Shown here piece by piece: positions 47,590-56,488 of a stretch of 64,000 bases of DNA. The stretch lies in contig JAOPTT010000005.1 in the NCBI GenBank assembly GCA_051531975.1, positions 352,001 to 416,000 on the forward strand. Reading direction: 5' to 3'. Both the position numbers and the translations under genes were made by a program. A model generated the notes under the pieces. It was not told where the DNA came from. It was given only the letters and a program-made list of their open reading frames with translations, and searched no databases. Source of the DNA: Spirochaetaceae bacterium (GTDB taxonomy: Bacteria; Spirochaetota; Spirochaetia; DSM-2461). Position 1 is the stretch's first letter. Each line of letters begins with the position of its first letter.

Positions 47590-48507
47590 ATGCGTATAGA
47601 TAGAATGCTCTCTATTACTATTATTTTATTAGGTAGAGAGCGAGTTAGTGCTAAAGAGTTATCAAAAAGATTCGAAGTATCAAGTAGAACCATTTATAGG
47701 GATATCGAAGCTATTAATTTAGCTGGAATCCCAATTATATCCCTACAGGGTAGGGATGGAGGTTTTGGTATTATGGAAGGTTTTAAACTAGATAAACAGA
47801 TATTTACCACAAGAGATATGGCCTCTATTTTATCTAGCTTAGAAGGTATAAACAGAGGTTTAGAGTCTAATGAAATTAAAAATGTTGTAGAAAAGCTACA
47901 CTCTCTAATTCCTAATAATCAAAAAGAAGAAGTAACTAAAAGAGCTAGTAAATTATTAATTGATATTACTCCATGGGGAGACTCAGAAAAGAGAAAAAAG
48001 AGATACAAAGAGATAGATTTAGCAATAGAGAGACAAAAGGTACTAGAGATTAAATATATAAATCCTAATGGAGAAGAATCTATTAGAAATATTGAACCGA
48101 TGACTCTCGTATATAAAAACTTCACCTGGTATATTTGGAGTTTCTGTCAAAAACGTAATGACTTTCGAATATTTAAAATGAATAGAATAATAGAACTTAA
48201 AACCTTAGATACTTCATTTATAAATAAGGGTGTAATATACAAAGAAAATAGTGATTATAAACTAGAACTAATAAATATAAAACTTAAAGCTGACCTATCT
48301 TTTAAGGGACAAGCTATAGAGAAGTTTGGTGTAGAATTTATTACTGAATATCCAACTTATTTAGAAATTAATACAACTTTTCCAGAAGGTGCATGGATTC
48401 ATGAATTTATATTATCCCTTGGAAGTAGTGTCGAAGTTTTATACCCATTAGGATTACGTAATAAAATGATAAGTTTATTAAATAATATGAACAATCTATA
48501 TAAGTAA
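47590..48507 (+). CDS. YafY-family HTH-WYL transcriptional regulator
   Basis: AKELSKRFEVSSRTIYRDIE, QGRDGG, IEP..L.....WYIWSFC..RNDFRIFKMNRI, VEVLYP. Confidence 0.93.
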   Translation: MRIDRMLSITIILLGRERVSAKELSKRFEVSSRTIYRDIEAINLAGIPIISLQGRDGGFGIMEGFKLDKQIFTTRDMASILSSLEGINRGLESNEIKNVVEKLHSLIPNNQKEEVTKRASKLLIDITPWGDSEKRKKRYKEIDLAIERQKVLEIKYINPNGEESIRNIEPMTLVYKNFTWYIWSFCQKRNDFRIFKMNRIIELKTLDTSFINKGVIYKENSDYKLELINIKLKADLSFKGQAIEKFGVEFITEYPTYLEINTTFPEGAWIHEFILSLGSSVEVLYPLGLRNKMISLLNNMNNLYK

Positions 48508-48514
48508 AAAAATG

Positions 48515-48548
48515 TTCTCTGAAATTAATATAAATCACTTTCAGAGAA
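48515..48548. terminator. Hairpin between convergent WYL and MATE genes
   Basis: TTCTCTGAAA/TTTCAGAGAA 10-bp arms. Confidence 0.6.
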
Positions 48549-48565
48549 GACCTATACTGGATATT

Positions 48566-49915
48566 TTATTCAGGGTTTTTCATTTTTTTTATAGCTTTGT
48601 AAGCAAATGTCCCTGCGATTAGTAAAGTTAAAAACTCTGAGATTGGAAATGCTATCCACACTCCTGTTAAATTCCATATTCTACTTAATCCAAAAGAAAT
48701 AGGTAATAAAAAGATGATCTGCCTTAAAAATGAGATTATTAAACTTATCTTTGCATTACCTAGAGGCATAAAAAATACTGTTAAAATGATTCCAGCTCCA
48801 GAGAAGACAAAACCAGAACTAATTATTCTTAGACACTGTATTCCTATCCCATACATTTCATCTGTGCTACTAAATAGTGTTAAAAGCTGCCTTGGAAACA
48901 GTTGAAAAAGAATCGTTCCAATACACATTATTATTGTAGCATAAATTGCACTATATTTTATTGCATCAAAAACTCTTTTATTGTTTTTTGCACCATAATT
49001 GAATCCAATAACTGGCATCATACCTTGGGTTAAACCAAAAATAGGCATGTAGATAAATGATTGTAATTTAAAATATGCACCAAAAACTGCTACTGAAGTT
49101 CCAGAAAATCCTGCTAGGATTAAGTTTATTACTGTTATCATAACTGATGCTAATAGCTGCATAAACATAGAAGGGATCGCAACTTTAAATATTTCGCTAG
49201 TTATTTTTTTACTAAAGTGAAACTTGGATATATTTAATTGAATACCATCTTTGTTTTTTAAAACCAAGGTTAATGCATATAACATTGCAACTAACTGGCC
49301 TATTACTGTAGCAATAGCTGCACCTACAACTCCAAGCTCTGGGAAAAAGAATAGTCCAAAAATTAGAAAGGGATCAAGAATTATGTTTATACAAGCACCT
49401 AAAAGTTGAATTTTCATAGAGCTTATCATATCTCCAGTTGCTCTTAAGATATTCATGCAAACTGCTGTTAATATGTTACCAAAAGAGAAGAACATAATTA
49501 TCCTTGTATATTGTATTGCATATTCAAGAACAACTACGTCATCTGTAAACATTTTAAAAAATAACTGGGGAAGAAAAAATGAACTTATTGCTAACAAACT
49601 CCATATTAAAATACCAATAATTAAGCCGTGTTCAGCTGTATTTTCAGCTTCATCTTTATTTCCCTCTCCAAGTTTCCTGGACATAAATGAGTTTATACCA
49701 ATTCCTAATCCAACAAAAATCGCGATAATAATCATCTGAATTGGGAATGCAAGTGATAGGGCAGTAAGAGCTTTCTCTGATATTCTAGCAACAAACATAC
49801 TATCCACAATATTGTAAAGTGCCTGAACAATCATAGATATCATTGCTGGTAGGGACATTTGTATTATTAGCTTTTTTACATCCATATTAGCAAGTTTTTT
49901 CATATTTTCTTTCAT
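48566..49915 (-). CDS. MATE family efflux transporter
   Basis: ALYNIVDS, NIILDPFLIFG, GAAIATVIGQ, GFNYGAKN; 12 TM. Confidence 0.94.
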   Translation of the reverse strand: MKENMKKLANMDVKKLIIQMSLPAMISMIVQALYNIVDSMFVARISEKALTALSLAFPIQMIIIAIFVGLGIGINSFMSRKLGEGNKDEAENTAEHGLIIGILIWSLLAISSFFLPQLFFKMFTDDVVVLEYAIQYTRIIMFFSFGNILTAVCMNILRATGDMISSMKIQLLGACINIILDPFLIFGLFFFPELGVVGAAIATVIGQLVAMLYALTLVLKNKDGIQLNISKFHFSKKITSEIFKVAIPSMFMQLLASVMITVINLILAGFSGTSVAVFGAYFKLQSFIYMPIFGLTQGMMPVIGFNYGAKNNKRVFDAIKYSAIYATIIMCIGTILFQLFPRQLLTLFSSTDEMYGIGIQCLRIISSGFVFSGAGIILTVFFMPLGNAKISLIISFLRQIIFLLPISFGLSRIWNLTGVWIAFPISEFLTLLIAGTFAYKAIKKMKNPE

Positions 49916-49981
49916 TTTGTTTCCTCTTTTATATTAACAATATTATCCATAATATTGAGATATCTATTCTTATAAATGTAC

Positions 49982-50479
49982 TTACTCGTTTTCTAAACAA
50001 TAAATAATGACCTGATCTTTTGATCCATCAAAAAAGATATCTTTTATCCCAAACTCTGTAAATACAAAATTGTTTTTTTCAAGTACTCTCTTAGAACTAA
50101 TATTTCTAGAAGCAACAGGAGCAATAATTTTTTTAAGTCCCATTTCATTAAAAGCTATATTTATTACTTCTTTAATAACAAATGTAGCGATTCCATTGCC
50201 TGTATATTGTGAATCGATAACATATGCTAAATTTGCTTTGCACTTACTTATTCCTGTTAAATCAATAATACCTACCATTTCTGACCTATCATCAATATCA
50301 ATTAGTATTTTCCAGATTATACTTTTAGAACTATTAACTAATTTATTATAAAAGTTTTCAGTATCTTTTATAGATTTATGAGGTTCAATTGGGAGGAATT
50401 TTACAGTATCTACATTTGATAGTATTTTATTTAGATGAATAATATCTTTTTTATTAAATGATTCTAATCGTATTGTCAT
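49982..50479 (-). CDS. GNAT acetyltransferase, RimJ/RimL type
   Basis: LAYVI...YTGNGIAT, NISSKRVLEKNNF. Confidence 0.85.
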   Translation of the reverse strand: MTIRLESFNKKDIIHLNKILSNVDTVKFLPIEPHKSIKDTENFYNKLVNSSKSIIWKILIDIDDRSEMVGIIDLTGISKCKANLAYVIDSQYTGNGIATFVIKEVINIAFNEMGLKKIIAPVASRNISSKRVLEKNNFVFTEFGIKDIFFDGSKDQVIIYCLENE

Positions 50480-50534
50480 GTACTACCCTCAAATATAAGT
50501 TATACCATAAATAAGTCTAATACTTTATACAAAA

Positions 50535-51479
50535 TTAAAATGCCTTCCAACTGAACTCTACATTAACCTTATCTGCTTCAGATAGTGCTAAATTAGTTGA
50601 GTGTGCAATTACTTCACATTGATCATAATCTGAATTAATTAATTTTACTTTTATTTCTATATGATGTCCTTGGAAACACGTCTCTATAACTTCTCCATTT
50701 AATTCACCATCTACATTAATATCTACATCTTCTGGTCTCACAAAACCTTCAATACTGTCTTTTGTTAAAATATTAACTTTACCAAGAAATGATGCAGTGT
50801 ATTCAGATTTTGGTTTTGAATATACATCTATAGGAGTTCCTATTTGTTGTATGGCACCTTTATTCATTATTGCCAGTCTATCTGATAGATAATAAGCTTC
50901 ATCTTTATGATGTGTAACAAACAGTGCAGTTATGTTTTTTGTTTTAATAATTCTTTTTACATCTTTTAATAGGGATTCTTTTAATAATACGTCTAAATTA
51001 TTAAAAGGTTCATCTAATAATAGAATATCCGGATTCCCAGCTATAGCTCTAGCAAGGGCTACTCTCTGCATTTCTCCCCCAGATATTTGATGTGGGAAAC
51101 GCTTTTCAAGGCCTTCAAGTTTACATAGATTTAATAACTCTTCTAATTCTTTTTTATCATTTTTTTTATCCATACCAAATAGTATGTTTTTCTCTACATT
51201 CATATGTGGAAATAGCGCTAGATCTTGGAATACTAGGCCTACAGATCTCTCTTCAGGTTGAATAAATGTCTTTTGGTCTGAAATAGTTTTATCCCCAAAT
51301 ATTATCTTTCCATCAGTAGGAGTTTCAAAACCTGCAATCATTCTTAAGACTGTTGTTTTTCCTGAACCACTGGAGCCTAAAATAGTAAAAATTTCACCTT
51401 TTTCAATATCAAGGCTTATATTATCTACCGCTCGATTATTTCCAAAAAATTTATTTATATTGTTAAGACTTAGCTTCAC
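50535..51479 (-). CDS. fbpC: Fe3+ ABC transporter ATP-binding protein (FbpC-like)
   Basis: GSSGSGKT, VFQDLALFPH, ISGGEMQR, LDEPF; in operon with the Fe3+ permease and binding protein. Confidence 0.88.
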   Translation of the reverse strand: MKLSLNNINKFFGNNRAVDNISLDIEKGEIFTILGSSGSGKTTVLRMIAGFETPTDGKIIFGDKTISDQKTFIQPEERSVGLVFQDLALFPHMNVEKNILFGMDKKNDKKELEELLNLCKLEGLEKRFPHQISGGEMQRVALARAIAGNPDILLLDEPFNNLDVLLKESLLKDVKRIIKTKNITALFVTHHKDEAYYLSDRLAIMNKGAIQQIGTPIDVYSKPKSEYTASFLGKVNILTKDSIEGFVRPEDVDINVDGELNGEVIETCFQGHHIEIKVKLINSDYDQCEVIAHSTNLALSEADKVNVEFSWKAF

Positions 51480-53082
51480 TGTTTTTCTCCGATAACCTGT
51501 TTAGTATATAGATTGGAATAACTCCGGTAATTATTAGAACAAGAGCTGGAACGGCTGATTCTGGTATCTGTTCATCTATTGCAAGTTCATATATTTTTGT
51601 TGCTAATGTATCAAAATTAAATGGTCTTAAAATCATTGTTAGTGGTAACTCTTTTAGCAGATCCACAAATAACAGTATAGAAGATACTAAAAAGCTTCTC
51701 TTTAATAGTGCAAGGTCCACTTGGAATAGGGTTTTTATTTTAGAAACTCCTAGGGATCTTGATGCCTCTCTATATTTTGAATTTATAGTAACGAGACCTG
51801 CATTAATAGGTCTGTATGCCACAGCCATAAACCTTATGTTGTATGCATAGATTAGTGCAAAAAATGTTCCACTGAATATCAATACATTTTGCATCATATC
51901 TATCTTTCCAAAAAGAACCATAATTCCTACAGCTATTACTGTTCCTGGTATTGCGTACCCAACTGTAATAAGATTAAAAACTTTTCTAAGCCAGTTAGGA
52001 AGTTTACTATTGTTTATTATTGCTGCAGTTGAGCTAAATATTAAGGAGACTACAACTGCTGTACCTGCTATTGTAAAACTATTTAATGTCAGTTTAAAAA
52101 ATTCTAAGGATAAAATAGATTCATAGGATTTCATAAACCATGATATTAATTGAATAACAGGTATTAAAAATCCTAATAAAAAAGGGGTTAGGCAGAAACA
52201 TAAAATAAATATACCTTTTAGCCCTTTTGCTTTAACTCTTTTTACAGGTCTAAGAACTCTGTTGGAGAAGTTAAACTTTCTATTTTTAAGGGCAATTTTC
52301 TCAGTTGTTATTGCAACTATTGCAAATATTAAAAGATAGGAAGAGAGTTTCATTGCTGCATTTAGATCTCCTAAGGAGAACCAAGCTCTAAATATACCAG
52401 TTTGAAATACCTGAACTCCAAAATAATTTACTACACCAAAATCATTTAATACTTCCATTAATACAAGAGAAGCTCCACCTAATATTGCTGGAATTGATAT
52501 CGGAAGTATTACAGTAAAAAACCAGTTCCTTTTTCCTGATGAAATTGCAGGTTCTACATAACTTAATGCGTAGCTATTTAATGCATTTTTTACTGGGACA
52601 TATATATAGGGGTATAATGTTATGGATATTATAAATATAGCTCCATTTAAATTCATAATGTCAAATATTTTCCATGTTCCTATCTGTATATTAAAAGTAT
52701 TTCTAAAAAACGATTGTATAGGTCCTGTATAATCAAGTATTCCTGAATATACTATTGCTGCAACATATCCTGGAATAGCCATAGGAAGTATTAATAAAAA
52801 ATCCAGAAGATTTCTTAAAGGAAAGTCGTATCTACTAATATAATATGCAGTTCCAATTCCTATAAAAAGAGTTACTCCTACAACTGAAAATGTTAATATT
52901 AATGTATCTTTTATATACGTTGGTAGAAGAACTGTTTTTATATGATCCCAGGTGGAACTTGTTGGCTCAAAAAGTGAGAGCACTACAATTCCACAGGGTA
53001 TTAAGATTGTAAGTAGTAGAATAATAGAGACCAGGTTTTTAACAACCTGTGACTCTTTTTTATTTCCAGCCGGCTTCATCAA
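51463..53082 (-). CDS. fbpB: Fe3+ ABC transporter permease (FbpB-like)
   Basis: Duplicated permease; LPMAIPGYV, MEVLNDFG, GYAIPGTVIAVG, KELPLT.ILRPFNFDTLA. Confidence 0.9.
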   Translation of the reverse strand: MMKPAGNKKESQVVKNLVSIILLLTILIPCGIVVLSLFEPTSSTWDHIKTVLLPTYIKDTLILTFSVVGVTLFIGIGTAYYISRYDFPLRNLLDFLLILPMAIPGYVAAIVYSGILDYTGPIQSFFRNTFNIQIGTWKIFDIMNLNGAIFIISITLYPYIYVPVKNALNSYALSYVEPAISSGKRNWFFTVILPISIPAILGGASLVLMEVLNDFGVVNYFGVQVFQTGIFRAWFSLGDLNAAMKLSSYLLIFAIVAITTEKIALKNRKFNFSNRVLRPVKRVKAKGLKGIFILCFCLTPFLLGFLIPVIQLISWFMKSYESILSLEFFKLTLNSFTIAGTAVVVSLIFSSTAAIINNSKLPNWLRKVFNLITVGYAIPGTVIAVGIMVLFGKIDMMQNVLIFSGTFFALIYAYNIRFMAVAYRPINAGLVTINSKYREASRSLGVSKIKTLFQVDLALLKRSFLVSSILLFVDLLKELPLTMILRPFNFDTLATKIYELAIDEQIPESAVPALVLIITGVIPIYILNRLSEKNSEAKS

Positions 53083-54094
53083 ATACCTTAACTGCAGCTG
53101 TATTATTCTCTCCTAAAAGAGAAAGGTTAATTGTATCTTCTTTAAACTTACCCCAGCTATTTACTAGATCTGAAACCTTAGCGTTTGGATTTACTGGATA
53201 CTCAAAGTTTCCTTTAGCAAATTTTTCCTGAGCTTCAACAGATAAAAGAAACTCTATTAAAAGTTCAGCATTTGCTCTATTTTTTCCATGTTTTGTAAGA
53301 CCAGCTCCACTTATATTTATATGTGCACCTCTGCCTTCCTGGTTTGGAAAGAATATGCCCATCTGTTTACCAACTTTTACTTCTTCTTCAGAAGATGATG
53401 TTAGAAGTTTACCAAGATAATATGTATTTACGACTGCAACATCGGCAATTCCTGCAGCAATAGCTTTCATCTGATCCCTATCGTTACCTTTAGGCTCTCT
53501 TGCCATATTCTTAACCATGTTTTGAGCCCATATTTTAGCTTCCTCTTCACCATCAATTGCAATAATAGATGCTAGTAAACTTTGATTATATAAGTTTGAA
53601 GAAGACCTAATAACAACTCTACCTCTCCATTTATCATCTGTTAAAGCACTATATGTTGATAGCTCTTTAGGATCTACTTTATCTTTGTTATATGCGAAGA
53701 CTCTTGCTCTTTTAGTTAATGCAAACCATTTGTTATCTGAATCTTTTAGGTGTTTTGGTACATTTTTTAATAAAGATGGAGAAATAGATGATAAAAGGTC
53801 CAACTCTTTTGCTTTATATAGTCTACCTGCATCTGCTGTTATTAAAATATCTGCAGGACTATTAACACCTTCGTTTTTTAGTCGTTCAATCAGTTGGTCA
53901 GCATCTGCTTTAACCACATTAACAACAATACCTGTTTCTTTAGTAAATTGCTCAAATAGTTGTTTATCAATGTCGTAATGTCTATGGGTATAAACATTAA
54001 CCTCATTTTTATCTGTGTTACTTTCTTTTGCAGATTTTCCAAATAGAGTTACTGATAATAGTAACATTGATATTAATATAATTTTATTAGTCAT
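53060..54094 (-). CDS. fbpA: Fe3+ ABC transporter substrate-binding protein (FutA/FbpA-like)
   Basis: VNVYTHRHY, YNQSL, KGNDRDQ, iron-binding tyrosines NTYY, HINISG, NFEYP. Confidence 0.93.
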   Translation of the reverse strand: MTNKIILISMLLLSVTLFGKSAKESNTDKNEVNVYTHRHYDIDKQLFEQFTKETGIVVNVVKADADQLIERLKNEGVNSPADILITADAGRLYKAKELDLLSSISPSLLKNVPKHLKDSDNKWFALTKRARVFAYNKDKVDPKELSTYSALTDDKWRGRVVIRSSSNLYNQSLLASIIAIDGEEEAKIWAQNMVKNMAREPKGNDRDQMKAIAAGIADVAVVNTYYLGKLLTSSSEEEVKVGKQMGIFFPNQEGRGAHINISGAGLTKHGKNRANAELLIEFLLSVEAQEKFAKGNFEYPVNPNAKVSDLVNSWGKFKEDTINLSLLGENNTAAVKVFDEAGWK

Positions 54095-54120
54095 AATGTC
54101 TCCTTAAGTAATATAGGCAT

Positions 54121-54150
54121 AATATAGTTTATTAGTCTAAGCTAAGTCAA
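54121..54150 (-). promoter_or_regulatory. Promoter of the Fe3+ operon with a palindrome in the spacer
   Basis: TTGACT-18-TATATT; TTAG-N6-CTAA at 54132-54145. Confidence 0.55.
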
Positions 54151-54205
54151 TAAAGAAAACAAATATATTTTATGTTTCTAAATGTTTTATCGTATATTAG
54201 TATTT

Positions 54206-54242
54206 CACCTCAGTGATAAAATTGTAAATTCTCACTGAGGTG
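54206..54242 (-). terminator. Hairpin after the 86-aa gene
   Basis: Perfect 11-bp arms CACCTCAGTGA/TCACTGAGGTG. Confidence 0.6.
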
Positions 54243-54258
54243 CATTGGAGACTAATTG

Positions 54259-54519
54259 TTAAGTAGATTTAATTTTTTCTAGTTCATTTAAAGCTTTATC
54301 GGAAAAATGGACGGTGTATTTTGTAGAATTCATACTACCTATATCTAGAGAAATGAACTTTAAATAATCTCCATCGATTAAATCATGTATAGATGAAAAC
54401 TTAATATCTTCTTCTATCTCTTCAAATGGCTCTTTATTCAAGAGATCACTGTATTCCTTTGAATCGTACTTTTTCACTAGGTTTTCATTAAAACCTAAAA
54501 ATTTATCAACTATTGTCAT
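54259..54519 (-). CDS. Small hypothetical protein
   Basis: 86-aa ORF with AGGA SD and its own downstream hairpin; no motif recognised. Confidence 0.55.
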   Translation of the reverse strand: MTIVDKFLGFNENLVKKYDSKEYSDLLNKEPFEEIEEDIKFSSIHDLIDGDYLKFISLDIGSMNSTKYTVHFSDKALNELEKIKST

Positions 54520-54742
54520 TGTATATCCTACACTTTTATATTTTTAATTATGGACATATTAACATAGATTTTGAAATATGAATATAAATTCATAAGTTAT
54601 TTGTGACTAATCAAGTATGACAAAAGTCCAAATGATTTACTTTCAGTGATTAATTATCTAATATATCTTTGTGTAATAAATAGTTTTAACCAGTAAAAAC
54701 CTGATTTTGGTCATAAATCATAAATAATAATGGAGATTTAAC

Positions 54743-55219
54743 GTGAAAAATGCACTTGGTACGATTAATACATATAAAGAAGAACATAAAATTGAAGTAG
54801 ATCATTTAATAAAAATATCTTTTGAACCTCTTAGAGAAATATATGTAATAAGCAACACCAACAGTGTTAAAACATTAGATTTCAAGACTTTAGTTTATCA
54901 GATAGAAGATATAATAGTTGGAACAATATCTTATTATTATGAGGATGATAAAGTTAGGATTTTTAGACTAGCAGTAGATCCTAGTTTTAGAGGAAGAGGT
55001 ATAGCTAAATCACTACTGAATTATTTAGAAAAAAGTCTGATATCCACAAAATATAATAAAATAGGACTATATACAATTAAAGAAACTGGTAATGGAGAAC
55101 TGTTTATTAAGTTTGGATTTAGAATCATATCTGAAGATATTGCAACCTTAGCGACTTCACCATTAGGTTATCCAGTTATCGAATTAGATATGGTAAAAAA
55201 CAGATCTTTGGCAAGGTGA
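54743..55219 (+). CDS. GNAT acetyltransferase
   Basis: RLAVDPSFRGRGIAKSLL acetyl-CoA motif; F.KFGF; GTG start after GGAG. Confidence 0.85.
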   Translation: MKNALGTINTYKEEHKIEVDHLIKISFEPLREIYVISNTNSVKTLDFKTLVYQIEDIIVGTISYYYEDDKVRIFRLAVDPSFRGRGIAKSLLNYLEKSLISTKYNKIGLYTIKETGNGELFIKFGFRIISEDIATLATSPLGYPVIELDMVKNRSLAR

Positions 55220-55297
55220 TATAAAAAATAATAGTAATTATCGTCTAATGTTAGTAATATCAAAATAACAAGAAATCAATTATATAAAGGTTAACTA

Positions 55298-56383
55298 ATG
55301 AACAAATATACTCTTATATCCGTTTTAGTATTATTATTTTTTATAATTGGATGCAAAAGATCTGAAGTAATGATTAATTCAGAACAAATTATCTCTTTAG
55401 ATAAAGATATTATAGGTTGGAGACAATCTGATCTATTTAATGGTGCAGTATTAATGTCCCAAAATGATGAAATAATGTTTATGAAGACATATGGATATAC
55501 TGATTATACTCATACTAAAAAATTAACACTACAATCTTCATTTAGACTGGCCTCTGTATCAAAGCAGTTTACAGCAGCAGGTATAATGATTTTGAAAGAT
55601 AACAACAAATTGGATTTTGATGATGATATTACTAAATATTTACCAGAATTAAAATTAATTTATAAAGGTATAACAATACGAAATCTATTAAACCATACAT
55701 CTGGACTTCAAGATTATGTAACTCTAGCTGAAAAACACAGAGGTGATATAGAAATTTTGACTATACCAGTTGTTCTTAATATGTTTAAAGAACATGGAAC
55801 AAAATTAAGAGTTCCTCCAGGAAGTAAGTTTGAATATAGTAATACAGGATATATCTTTTTATCAGAAATAATTACTAGGGTTTCAGGTCTTTCATTTGAA
55901 GATTTTCTAAAAAAAGGAATATTTGAACCTCTAAATATGAAAAATAGTAGTGTCGTTAATTTATTATCTAAGGACAATGTACTTCCAAATAGAACTAAAG
56001 GATTTATTGGAGACTTAGATAATAGTTATCATTGGGCTGATGGTGTTTCAGGGGACGGAAGTGTCTTTTTAAGTATTGAAGATTTTTTACTATGGGAAAA
56101 TGCAATTAGAGAAAACAGTATAATTTCAGAATCAAGTTGGAGTGAAGCTATCTCTCCAGTAACATTAAATAACGGTAAAACGTCTTATTATGGGTTTGGT
56201 TGGTTTCTTTCGGAAGATAGTAGTTTTATAGAACATGGAGGCTCTTGGCTTGGAGCTAGGACATATATAAAAATGGATCTAAAAAACAGAGGGTTAATAG
56301 TAGTATTAGACTCATCGTCCAACGATTATGTATTGCATCTTGCAGATCGAATGAAAAAAATATATAACTCATTATTAGAATAA
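55298..56383 (+). CDS. Serine hydrolase lipoprotein, beta-lactamase class C/S12 family
   Basis: Lipobox IIGC; SVSK, LLNHTSG, YSN, HGG. Confidence 0.9.
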   Translation: MNKYTLISVLVLLFFIIGCKRSEVMINSEQIISLDKDIIGWRQSDLFNGAVLMSQNDEIMFMKTYGYTDYTHTKKLTLQSSFRLASVSKQFTAAGIMILKDNNKLDFDDDITKYLPELKLIYKGITIRNLLNHTSGLQDYVTLAEKHRGDIEILTIPVVLNMFKEHGTKLRVPPGSKFEYSNTGYIFLSEIITRVSGLSFEDFLKKGIFEPLNMKNSSVVNLLSKDNVLPNRTKGFIGDLDNSYHWADGVSGDGSVFLSIEDFLLWENAIRENSIISESSWSEAISPVTLNNGKTSYYGFGWFLSEDSSFIEHGGSWLGARTYIKMDLKNRGLIVVLDSSSNDYVLHLADRMKKIYNSLLE

Positions 56384-56488
56384 TAATAGAAAGTTAAAAT
56401 ACAAATAAATACTGCTATGTGATATACCAATTCTATAATTCTAAAGAGGTTTGGGGTAAGAGCTGGTAAAGGATATATGATTTGTAAA

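Noticed and set aside
43673..56383. Calling the two SxxK proteins or the MBL-fold protein beta-lactamases
   Set aside because: Motifs only place them in broad hydrolase families that are mostly peptidases/esterases or other hydrolases.
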